A stretch of DNA of 63,247 nucleotides, filler included, from Octopus bimaculoides (lineage: Eukaryota): the NCBI RefSeq assembly GCF_001194135.2. It is 4 parts of 4 records of this genome, joined end to end, with 100 filler letters (N's around TTAATTAATTAA, not from the genome) between each part and the next. Parts side by side here need not be neighbours in the genome. Positions count along the whole stretch, not along the records: positions 30,674 to 52,311 come from NC_068984.1; positions 52,412 to 60,308 come from NC_068986.1; positions 60,409 to 63,247 come from NW_026433123.1; 1 more part is not named here. One strand, written 5' to 3'. Both the position numbers and the translations under genes were made by a program. The notes under the pieces were generated by a model, which did not search any database, was not told the origin of the DNA, and was given only the letters and a program-made list of their open reading frames with translations. Shown in pieces: positions 51,486-63,247 of the stretch (the first letter of the stretch is position 1; every line of letters begins with the position of its first letter).

Positions 51486-52171
51486 GATACTATTACCTAG
51501 ACTGTATGGCCAGATAGTAACGAGCTAAGTAATAATTAATTTCGTTGTTTAACGACCTAGTTCAAATTCAGGTAGTCACCTTTGGCGTTTCATTTGATCT
51601 TAATGTCGGTCAGCAAATTTAAAAAGAGCCAAGGACTTTTCGCTTACTCTATAGGATACAAAAAATTCATTTCTTACTAGTGGGCGGCAGGGGTGGATAG
51701 ACGTTTCTCAATGATGTTAGATACATAAATAAAATGAAGAAGTTTTAGTATGAAACAGAAACCGGCATCATCGTCTTACAACTGTTTTTATAGTACGCAT
51801 TAGAATATTAATGCTAATATTCTTGCTATAGATGGAAGCTTAGATTAAGCGATCAAATTGGATAAGATAGGAAGAGAAATACAAAAGAAGAGAAAAAAAA
51901 AACGAGAAAAAGAGAGCTCTGTAAATATAGAGAGGATACGTAAGATGGAGAGAGGGGAAGAGTAGGATCAGATCGGAAGAAGAAAAAAGTCAATTCTCCT
52001 GGCACAGACAAACAACATCACTCTAAGAAAATCAGAAATGAAAAATTTTTTTTTCAGAAAGCGAGCAAATGCTAAGTTTTCGATGTTTGCCTTGGGCATT
52101 TGAAAAGTATTGAGAAAGAGGAAACAGCCAACGTGTGTATATAAATGTATATGTGTTGCATGAATATATGC

Positions 52172-52260
<89 letters not shown>

Positions 52261-52411
52261 GCTAGCTAGCTAGCTATCTATCTATCTATCTATCTGCATG
52301 CATAAACGTATNNNNNNNNNNNNNNNNNNNNNNNNNNNNNNNNNNNNNNNNNNNNTTAATTAATTAANNNNNNNNNNNNNNNNNNNNNNNNNNNNNNNNN
52401 NNNNNNNNNNN

Positions 52412-52489
<78 letters not shown>

Positions 52490-52499
52490 GAGAGAGAGT

Positions 52500-52541
<42 letters not shown>

Positions 52542-52918
52542 TGTACTTGTGTGTCTGTGTTTATCCCTCCGCCACCACCAATATTTGTGAGTGTACGTCC
52601 CCGTAACCTAGTGGTTCGGCAATCGTGGATTTTCTTTGTCAAAAGTCCTTTAAGGCAGTGCTTAAACATGACGGCAGTCATGCTCTACTTAAGAAATACT
52701 AAGCAGTTTGAGGTTTGCTTCCCTGGAGAAGAAACAAACACGCTTTATATATAAATAAAATAGGGACTTTAACAGAATTAATATTCAACTGGAAATGCTA
52801 GGGGTTTGTATTTTCACATCTGGATTAGAGTTAACTACAGTTCAATTTAAAACTGAAGAGGAAGTGTAACAAGGACGACGCAACAATGATATGGAAATAA
52901 TGTAAAATATGAGCTAAA

Positions 52919-53309
52919 CTGTTTGTTGTTGTTGGCACTCCGTCGCTTACCACGTCGAGGGTTCCAGTTGATCCGATCAACAGAACAGCCTGCTCGTGAA
53001 ATTAACGTGCAAATGGCTGAGCACTCCACAAAAACGTATACCCTTAACGTAGTTCTCGTGGATTTTCAGCGTGACACAGTGTGACAAGGCTGACCCTTTG
53101 AATTATAGGCACAACAGAAACAGGAAGTAAGAGTGAGAGAAAGTTGTGGTGGAAGAGTACAGCAGGGTGCGACACCATCTCCTGCCGGAGCCTCGTAGAG
53201 CTTTATGAGTTTTCGCTCAATAAACACTCACAACGCCCGGTCAGGGAATCGAAACCGTGATCCTATGACCGTGAGTCCGATGCCCTAACCACTGGGCCAT
53301 TGCGCCTCC
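52919..53309 (-). mobile_element. Full-length tRNA-derived SINE (same family as 41990) with 12 bp TSD
   Basis: TSD atatgagctaaa at 52907-18 and 53310-21. (ACA)n tail. Confidence 0.95.
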
Positions 53310-53366
53310 ATATGAGCTAAATTAAATAGCTTCAAATATATACTTACTGACGTAAACATATTCCAC

Positions 53367-53495
53367 CTGATTTTGATGAGATATCAACGCGTTTAATTCC
53401 CAAATATTTGCACTCGTGAGTCCAGCATATACCGTTTTCGAAGGTCACCCAAGTTGTATCTTTCCTAATACACGTACCATCTTCCCTCCGACAAT
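53367..53495 (-). CDS. Cys-rich gene exon, module 2 (CRREDGTCIRKDTTWVTFENGICWTHECKYLGIKRVDISSKS)
   Basis: Acceptor gttttcttatcaacaacag and donor g|gtggaa (alternative ca|gtaagt at 53348). Phase 1-1, 129 bp. Confidence 0.7.
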
Positions 53496-53544
53496 CTGTT
53501 GTTGATAAGAAAACGAACAATGTATTGATCATTGTGTTATAAAT

Positions 53545-54680
53545 TTTACTCGTTTCAGTCATTTGACTGCGGCCATGCTGGAGCACCGCCTTTAGTCGAG
53601 CAAATCGACCCCGGGACTTATTCTTTGTAAGCCTAGTACTTATTCTATCGGTCTATTTTTGCCGAACCGCTAGGTTACAAGGACATAAACACACCAGCAT
53701 CGGTTGTCAAGCGATGGTGGAGGGACAAACACAGACACACAAACACACATACATATATATATATATATANNNNNNNNNNNNNNNNNNNNNNNNNNNNNNN
53801 NNNNNNNNNNNNNNNNNNNNNNNNNNNNNNNNNNNNNNNNNNNNNNNNNNNNNNNNNNNNNNNNNNNNNNNNNNNNNNNNNNNNNNNNNNNNNNNNNNNN
53901 NNNNNNNNNNNNNNNNNNNNNNNNNNNNNNNNNNNNNNNNNNNNNNNNNNNNNNNNNNNNNNNNNNNNNNNNNNNNNNNNNNNNNNNNNNNNNNNNNNNN
54001 NNNNNNNNNNNNNNNNNNNNNNNNNNNNNNNNNNNNNNNNNNNNNNNNNNNNNNNNNNNNNNNNNNNNNNNNNNNNNNNNNNNNNNNNNNNNNNNNNNNN
54101 NNNNNNNNNNNNNNNNNNNNNNNNNNNNNNNNNNNNNNNNNNNNNNNNNNNNNNNNNNNNNNNNNNNNNNNNNNNNNNNNNNNNNNNNNNNNNNNNNNNN
54201 NNNNNNNNNNNNNNNNNNNNNNNNNNNNNNNNNNNNNNNNNNNNNNNNNNNNNNNNNNNNNNNNNNNNNNNNNNNNNNNNNNNNNNNNNNNNNNNNNNNN
54301 NNNNNNNNNNNNNNNNNNNNNNNNNNNNNNNNNNNNNNNNNNNNNNNNNNNNNNNNNNNNNNNNNNNNNNNNNNNNNNNNNNNNNNNNNNNNNNNNNNNN
54401 NNNNNNNNNNNNNNNNNNNNNNNNNNNNNNNNNNNNNNNNNNNNNNNNNNNNNNNNNNNNNNNNNNNNNNNNNNNNNNNNNNNNNNNNNNNNNNNNNNNN
54501 NNNNNNNNNNNNNNNNNNNNNNNNNNNNNNNNNNNNNNNNNNNNNNNNATATATACGACGGACTTCTTTCAGTTTCCGTCTACCAAATCCACTCATAAGT
54601 CTTTGGTCGGCCCGAGGCTACAGTAGAAGACACTTGCCCAAGGTGTCACGCAGTGGGACTGAATCCGGAACCATGTTAAG
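53545..54680 (-). mobile_element. SINE with internal microsatellite spanning an assembly gap
   Basis: Same two halves as 47040-47420, separated by (TA)n and Ns. Confidence 0.85.
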
Positions 54681-55279
54681 TCGATTAAAATGACTCTAAT
54701 GCTTAGACTGGTACTTATTTTATCGATCTGGAAGGGATAAAATGGAAAGTCGACCTCGGCGAATTTTAAATGCAAATCAGAAATCTAGAAGCTATTTTAT
54801 CGATCGCCATTGCCGAACCGCTAAGTTACGGGGACATTTTATCGGTCTCCTAAAGAACTAAATTTAGTATCTTGTATACTATGTGGTTCAGCGAAGCTGG
54901 TCCCCACCAGTATCGGCGCAATGAGAAGTTTATCAATTTCCCGTAATTACGATTCTATTATCTCACTCGAAACGTTAGTGCACCAGCGAAAATGCTTTGC
55001 AGTATTCAGCTACATTTCTTTACGCAATGCGATCATACCCTACTGTGTTAGACATTACCTTTCGTTAGCTGAGTTCAATAAACTAAGGATCCGCCGTTTA
55101 CTGCGTAGTTGAGGCACATCAATCTCACAGTTAACTCGGGTAGATGGTCAGTAATTAACAGTTACCGAACAAGACCTATCGTATTCAAAAAAAAATGCAA
55201 ATATAAACCATCATTGAGATTTTGGTATTTCAATACATGTAGTGAAGAGAGGGAATTAAAATTTTCTTTGTCAACTTAC

Positions 55280-55417
55280 ACACAGAATTTGTAATTATTT
55301 GCCATTGAACTACACCAATAAGCTCACAGCTTTTCCAGGCACAGCTAGCTGTTGTCTTTTCAAACCATCTTTGCTTGTTTTTGCGGCATTTATTCCCGTA
55401 GAAACATCCATGACACT
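55280..55417 (-). CDS. Cys-rich gene exon, module 1 (CHGCFYGNKCRKNKQRWFEKTTASCAWKSCELIGVVQWQIITNSV)
   Basis: Acceptor ttttttttatttag and donor t|gtaagt. Phase 1-1, 138 bp. Same Cys/Trp spacing as the 53367 exon. Confidence 0.75.
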
Positions 55418-55840
55418 CTAAATAAAAAAATATATATATATTTCAATATCTACTAATCAGTATTATATAGTGGAAATTTTCTTAGGTAGATTTATTATAA
55501 ATTAAGAGAAAGTAAACTTGGTTCCGATAGCACGCAACTTATATAATAATGCTTAGATAATAACTTTTGTTCTTTTTTTTCCAATCCGTATATGAAATTT
55601 AGTCGGATCAGTTACCTCTATTTCCAGTCCTGTTTTGATAAAAAGATAAACGTGTGAGGAGTATATTGATACCAATTTAATGAACAGATACGTTCTTCTC
55701 CTACCCACGAAAGTGACTTAAACAACACAAAAGATTTTGATGTGAAGTGCTAAATCCCATAATGTACAGGAAACTCTGGTATTCAGGTTTTGGTATAGGC
55801 GTTGTTTGCTGGTTAGAATTCGTGAACCCTAAATGATAAA

Positions 55841-55900
<60 letters not shown>

Positions 55901-56626
55901 NNNNNNNNNNNNNNNNNNNNNNNNNNNNNNNNNNNNNNNNNNNNNNNNNNNNNNNNNNNNNNNNNNNNNNNNNNNNNNNNNNNNNNNNNNNNNNNNNNNN
56001 NNNNNNNNNNNNNNNNNNNNNNNNNNNNNNNNNNNNNNNNNNNNNNNNNNNNNNNNNNNNNNNNNNNNNNNNNNNNNNNNNNNNNNNNNNNNNNNNNNNN
56101 NNNNNNNNNNNNNNNNNNNNNNNNNNNNNNNNNNNNNNNNNNNNNNNNNNNNNNNNNNNNNNNNNNNNNNNNNNNNNNNNNNNNNNNNNNNNNNNNNNNN
56201 NNNNNNNNNNNNNNNNNNNNNNNNNNNNNNNNNNNNNNNNNNNNNNNNNNNNNNNNNNNNNNNNNNNNNNNNNNNNNNNNNNNNNNNNNNNNNNNNNNNN
56301 NNNNNNNNNNNNNNNNNNNNNNNNNNNNNNNNNNNNNNNNNNNNNNNNNNNNNNNNNNNNNNNNNNNNNNNNNNNNNNNNNNNNNNNNNNNNNNNNNNNN
56401 NNNNNNNNNNNNNNNNNNNNNNNNNNNNNNNNNNNNNNNNNNNNNNNNNNNNNNNNNNNNNNNNNNNNNNNNNNNNNNNNNNNNNNNNNNNNNNNNNNNN
56501 NNNNNNNNNNNNNNNNNNNNNNNNNNNNNNNNNNNNNNNNNNNNNNNNNNNNNNNNNNNNNNNNNNNNNNNNNNNNNNNNNNNNNNNNNNNNNNNNNNNN
56601 NNNNNNNNNNTAAATACATGTTTTAC

Positions 56627-56670
56627 CTATGAATTTGTGTGTGTAAATTGGGAATGCATACAACGTTTCT
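56627..56670 (-). CDS. Candidate linker exon of the Cys-rich gene (ETLYAFPIYTHKFI)
   Basis: Long pyrimidine tract then cag, with donor g|gtaaaa. Phase 2 in, phase 1 out exactly bridges 59730 and 55417, but it requires skipping an AG 5 nt upstream. Confidence 0.35.
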
Positions 56671-56740
56671 CTGCCCTAATTGTACGGAAAACACTCGGCG
56701 AGAAATGGGAAAAAATTTTAAGAAAGAAGAAAAAAAAAAC

Positions 56741-56789
<49 letters not shown>

Positions 56790-56792
<3 letters not shown>

Positions 56793-57240
56793 GAGAAATG
56801 GTGATGGAGCTGTTAAGGATGCAGAACAGGAACTTTATACAGTGAACCCTGATACTGTATTGGGTGGACATGCAGGGGAAATGAACCAACTAGATAATGA
56901 ATTGCTTGCAATCCAAGGACGGATCACGGAGGGTGTAACACTAACAAATGATCTTGTCCGAGCTATTGCTGAGAAGAAATCACAACTTAAGAAAACAAAA
57001 AATGGTGGAGCAAAAGAACCATGGTGGAAAAGACGCATTGTAAGCGACATAATGCGGGAAAGTTAAGGTCTAGGAAAAATCGAGCAATGGTTAAGGGGAA
57101 ACTGGGAAAAATTAGAGAAGGAATATAAAATACGGAAAAACAGGTTTGATGCTGTAATAGAACAGTTAAAACAGAGGATCATGGCAACAAGCCAGAAGAT
57201 CAGGAGATTTGTGAAAAGAAGTAAGCATTTCGAGGAATTT
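56790..57240 (+). mobile_element. R4/Dong-like LINE N-terminal fragment directly after (TAA)n
   Basis: TNDLVRAIAEKKSQLKKTKNGGAKEPWWKRRI...LEKEYKIRKNRFDAVIEQLKQRIMATSQKIRRF. Confidence 0.7.
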
Positions 57241-57784
57241 GATTAGATAATTAGGTCAGCATGACCTTGAAAATTTTGATTTTTATTACAAGGAAATATC
57301 ATTTCTGTAGCCTAACCCAAAGGAGTCACCTAGATTGCTAATTTTAACAATTTTGTATTCTAAGGCAATCGCAGAAATGGCCAGTTGCTTCATCATCAAA
57401 TTCTATGTCTGAACATCAGAAGGTACGCATTTAAATCAAACCAGTCGACTTAGATCAATCTGTCCAATGAAGCAATTAATTACATCCATCGATAAACGCA
57501 CACTTTTTTACACCCACAGCTATTTATTTTGTTGATTATACTATATACACCCAGTCTCTACCACAAGTCTCTTTACACTCACAAACATAGTTATGTATAC
57601 CCATGTTCATTTATTTCTATAAAACTAAACGTGTATGCCAAGATGCTCATATTCATGAACACACATACACATGCGTGTGCATCCAATCGTCCATTCCAAT
57701 ACATTTTTACGCTCTAATTTTTTTTTTCAATTCCCGTATTATCTCCATTTAGAGATTCATGTAAGTCTACTCTCAAAAGTAAAT

Positions 57785-57945
57785 GTAGTGGCTGTGTTGA
57801 AAGAAGCATGGTTCCCAAGTACATGGTCCCGGATTAAGTGCCGCTGCTTCACACCTTGGGCTAGTGTCTTCTACTATTGCCTCGGGCCGACCAAAAGCTT
57901 GTGAGTGGATTTGGTATACAGAAACTGACAGAAGCCTACGGACCT
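57785..57945 (+). mobile_element. SINE head (family of 36367)
   Basis: gtggctgtgttg...caccttgggctagtgtcttctactattgcctcgggccgaccaaaagcttgtgagtggatttgg. Confidence 0.8.
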
Positions 57946-58284
57946 TCGGTTTGTCTCCCGTTCGTTTTTACATCCAGTATACGTTACATCGTTTATTCAT
58001 TTATCTAGTAATAGAACGCAATAAACACCGAACTTGTATTATCATGCAAATTTATATATATATATATATATATCATATAATATAGGATAGATTCTTTATA
58101 AGAATTTATCAAGTAGTCAGCGTGACAAAACCTCATAATGAAAAAATAACGAAAAATTTCGTAATGAAAAAATTCATCGTTTCTTCATAGATATATTTAA
58201 TTATATATAAAGGGNNNNNNNNNNNNNNNNNNNNNNNNNNNNNNNNNNNNNNNNNNNNNNNNNNNNTATATATATATATTACGT

Positions 58285-59570
58285 AGAAAAATGCGAGCAT
58301 GAAAATAGTATTCTTAAGATTATAAACCTGGAAAAATACAGGACAAGTTATTGCACCTGTAAAAGTAAAGGACAAACTATTACTTCTCGTAAAGTAAAGA
58401 ATAAGAAACTTTTTACTTAAAATATTGCAGCAAAGAATGCCATTCTTCTAATTTATCACTCTTTACAGTTCTCGTCTTTTAAATTTATTGTACAAAACTG
58501 TTCAGCTAATTTGTAAGTTTGTCTAATTAGTCACATTTTTTAGGTATTTAAGGTAGTAAATTAGCCAAATTCTACTTAAGTAAGTATAGTGTTATTTGTA
58601 AACTATAATAAAATCAATTTTAATATTGAAATTTTTTTATTTTAGCTGCAATATTTTAAGTAAAAAGGTTCTTATTCTTTAGTTTACTGGAAGTAATAGC
58701 TTGTCCTCTACTTTTCCAGGTGTAATAACTTGTCCTGTACTTTTCCAGGTTTATAATCTTAAGAATACTACTTTTCATGCTCGCATTCTTCCAAGTAATC
58801 CATGATTTTTCCAGGCATTGCTATTATAAGATAATTAATAATGTGACAGTTAATAATTGAAGATTTTAACTTATAAAATACTGAAAGATAATATTTCAAT
58901 TTTTCCGTGTAAGTGATGGTAATATTTCAATTTTTTCATGTTTAATTTAGATATATGTTGTGATTTAATTATTTGATATTACCATCCACACCAAATTAAT
59001 GACAGGGAATTTTACCATTTTGTTGCTTGCAACATGGCTCACCAAAAGTTACAAGCAACAAGACCCCAAAACCATCAGTTACCTGGCTCACCTGAAGTAA
59101 CCTAGGTTTTGAGTTGGTGAGAATAGCACTGTCTGCTGCTAATCTAGATCTATGAATAATTATTCAATACAACAGTAATTATAAAAGCATATCAAATATA
59201 CACAAGTTAAAAATCCCTTCTAATGAATTTTGAAATTTAAAAAGTAAATTTAGAATATAAGCAATTTTAACCAATGCGCTTTTTCTAGATAACTTTACTA
59301 CATGCCTTCAGGTCTGCCCATAGAGACACAGCCAAAAATGACTATATTCCTGCCCCAATAAATTTAGATGCACATATCTAAAGCATATAACACATTAATG
59401 AACTAGCCTGATTAAATAAAAAGAAAAGTAAAGCAACTACAAAGGAGCAGAAAAAAAAAGAAAGCAGAAAGCAAGTTAATTTAAACTGAAAGAGAAAATT
59501 AATAACAAAAGTTTAACTTACCCTAATTCAACAGCATATTAAAAATAACTTTATCAAATACTTAATTAAG
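58285..59570. repeat. AT-rich modular foldback-type dispersed repeat, copy 2
   Basis: IR about 58285-58440 vs 58640-58800, then modules colinear with 20900-21560. Confidence 0.8.
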
Positions 59571-59729
59571 AAAATAAAATATATGAGAAGTAAAGTCAAA
59601 CTCGGTGGAATTAGAACTCAGAACAGACGCAACAACGTTAAGCATTTCGCCCGGCGCTGCGTTGGAATGCAACCACTCATTTTAGTAATATATACTTATC
59701 TTAACATTTTTGCTTGGAGCCGAACTTAC

Positions 59730-59847
59730 TTCCTCGCGTACTGACATGAAATTTCATGGCATTTCACCTCATAACATTTTTTTTCTAATTTTTGTTCAAT
59801 GCGACTAACGATTCTGAATTCATCTTGCATTATTCTATCATTGAAGC
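59730..59847 (-). CDS. Candidate upstream exon of the Cys-rich gene (FNDRIMQDEFRIVSRIEQKLEKKCYEVKCHEISCQYAR)
   Basis: Acceptor actttttgtag and donor aa|gtaagt. Only one frame is open. Phase 1 in, phase 2 out. Confidence 0.5.
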
Positions 59848-59962
59848 CTACAAAAAGTGTACTTTTATTTTAAAATGAAAAAAATTATGTTAACTGAAGA
59901 CGATTAGGTGGCTTACTGCCCCTCCTTTAGAACCCATATATTTTAATGTATATATTTTAATG

Positions 59963-60000
<38 letters not shown>

Positions 60001-60989
60001 TATTTATATAAGGGAATTACTATACAATAATGTCTCATGCTATGAGGGACTCTAAGGTCAGACTACCATAAAAAACACATTTTTACCGAACGCGAGGAGA
60101 CGCAACTCTCAAAGCCAACCCCTTAAAAACAGACTGAATTATAGATCATGATTTCGTAGTTATTGTAGTATTATACAACCTCTACTCGTCAGTATAATAT
60201 GGTCAAGAAAAATAGCAGTAAACAGAGAATCAACATACCAAACGAACATCGTGTATCCAATATAGTACATAGAAGACTGTTCATCGCTATTTGCCTATGT
60301 AAGTGGCGNNNNNNNNNNNNNNNNNNNNNNNNNNNNNNNNNNNNNNNNNNNNTTAATTAATTAANNNNNNNNNNNNNNNNNNNNNNNNNNNNNNNNNNNN
60401 NNNNNNNNATAAAAAAGCTTCTACCTGGTTGCTTAACATGCTAAAAATAGCAGCCAACCCCTACCTAAATTGCATGCTCATTCTACGTATTGTCCTAGAT
60501 TACCCCGAAATCTTTGATGATAGGTTTGCTGAATCAGGGTTGATTTGCATTTTGTCTATTTAATGAAAATAATCCTAACCTGGACCCTTGAAAATTTATC
60601 TCTGTAAAGTTTAATTCAAAGAAACTATTCTTCAGAAAAAAACAAGGAAAAATTCTCCTCTGTTCTGCAATTGGCAGTCATTGTTTACAATAATGCAGTG
60701 TATGAAAAAAATCAAGACTTTTCTTATTGTATAACATATTTAATATGTGAAGCGTTTAAAAGATAATACATATATATATGCAGAGATTTAAGGATGTGTT
60801 ATTCACTAAAGAATAATGTGTGGGGTTGTCAAGCAGAAGAGATTAAATATAGGGGTTCTTACACCATCGAAAGGAATCTACACTTGTAGTAGTGGAACAA
60901 AGAGAGGTAAAAATTGCACAAACAAAACAAGAAAATATAAACATTTTAAAATACTTTCGTCATATCTTCCATTGCACAAAGCGCAGGAA

Positions 60990-62420
<1,431 letters not shown>

Positions 62421-62525
62421 AAACAACAGTGTAAAATGTAGATTCATGTCTACTGAGATGAATGGTAGAAATAAACATTTATATCTTAACAACTAAGCTG
62501 GATGACAACAGCTCCATAAAGAAGT

Positions 62526-62800
62526 CTTCCTCTTCGCCCTTTTCAAGCCTAGCCAGGCTCATGGGCCCAGTTTCTATGGCGTATGTGTCACCCACCAACT
62601 GGACAGGATGCCAGTCCGTTGCAGCATTACTCAGTGAGCAAAAGAGTACAACAGGGGTCACCACCACCCCCTGCCAGAGCCTTATGTAGCTTTAGGTGTT
62701 TTTGCTCAATAAACACACACAACGCCCGGTCTGGGAATCTAAACCGTGATCCTCCGATCGCGAGTCCGCTGCCCTAACCACTGGGCCATTGCGCCTCCAC
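62526..62800 (-). mobile_element. tRNA-derived SINE with the head of the 41990 family but a different body, 12 bp TSD
   Basis: TSD ccataaagaagt at 62514-25 and 62801-12. The head matches 53215-53309; the body diverges below about 62660. Confidence 0.85.
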
Positions 62801-62819
62801 CCATAAAGAAGTGCTAATC

Positions 62820-63247
62820 TTTAAAAGTAGATGGAACATGTGGAAGTAGGACAGCCAGAAAGACAGGGTATAAAGTTCTGAAGATGAACAAGATTCCTGG
62901 TGACTTGCTCCATTCAAGATCTGCAGTCCATACCAAAAGTGTTAAGACATATATCCCTCTGGAGGCAAAAAGCACTTGTGGCCATGCAGTGCCATTTAAA
63001 ATTGCCCATGTAGTGCCATATAAAAGCACCCTGCACAATATGAGGTTGTTGGCACTGCAAAGAGCATCCTGTAGAAAGCAGAACAAATCAGACGGATGTC
63101 TGCTGCAGCCCCCCAGCTTGCTAGCTCTGGTCAAACTATCCAACTCATGCAAGCCTGGACAATGGACATTAAATGCAACTAATTTGGGTCACCAGTTTCA
63201 CCAGTTATTGGTCAGTTCTGATGACCAAGTTCTTTTCTTTAGCATCA
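62820..63247 (+). mobile_element. Decayed RTE ORF C-terminus and 3' UTR
   Basis: DGTCGSRTARKTG resembles the RTE G..GRGRPRKTW end, followed by gccatg.agtgcca.. 3' UTR repeats as in the other RTE tails. Confidence 0.55.

Overview
AT-rich, repeat-dense eukaryotic draft-genome window with many N gaps. It is probably cephalopod/Octopus-like; this is inferred from the SINE, RTE/R4 LINE, mariner and HTGEKPY zinc-finger content and has not been verified. No prokaryotic features or CRISPR arrays are present, and most supplied ORFs are artefacts of gaps or microsatellites. Reading splice sites by hand recovers two spliced genes that the ORF track misses. (1) A + strand gene of at least 7 phase-compatible exons (8909-25105) encodes a calmodulin-like arrangement of about 4 mostly degenerate EF-hands. 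(2) A - strand gene (about 53367-59847, possibly longer) has phase-1 exons that each encode a repeated C-x5/6-C-x6-W-x7-C-x4-C-x3-G module. A decayed C2H2 zinc-finger gene lies near the end. The rest is layered transposons: RTE, R4/Dong-like, CR1-like and Penelope retroelements, Tc1/mariner/Tigger/maT DNA transposons, MITEs, several tRNA-derived SINE families and microsatellites. The most unusual non-coding structures are a nested palindromic element centred on a back-to-back (CCCTAA)n/(TTAGGG)n core, a modular foldback-type repeat present in introns of both genes, and an inverted Tigger duplication. I found no system I can firmly call new; these are the best leads.
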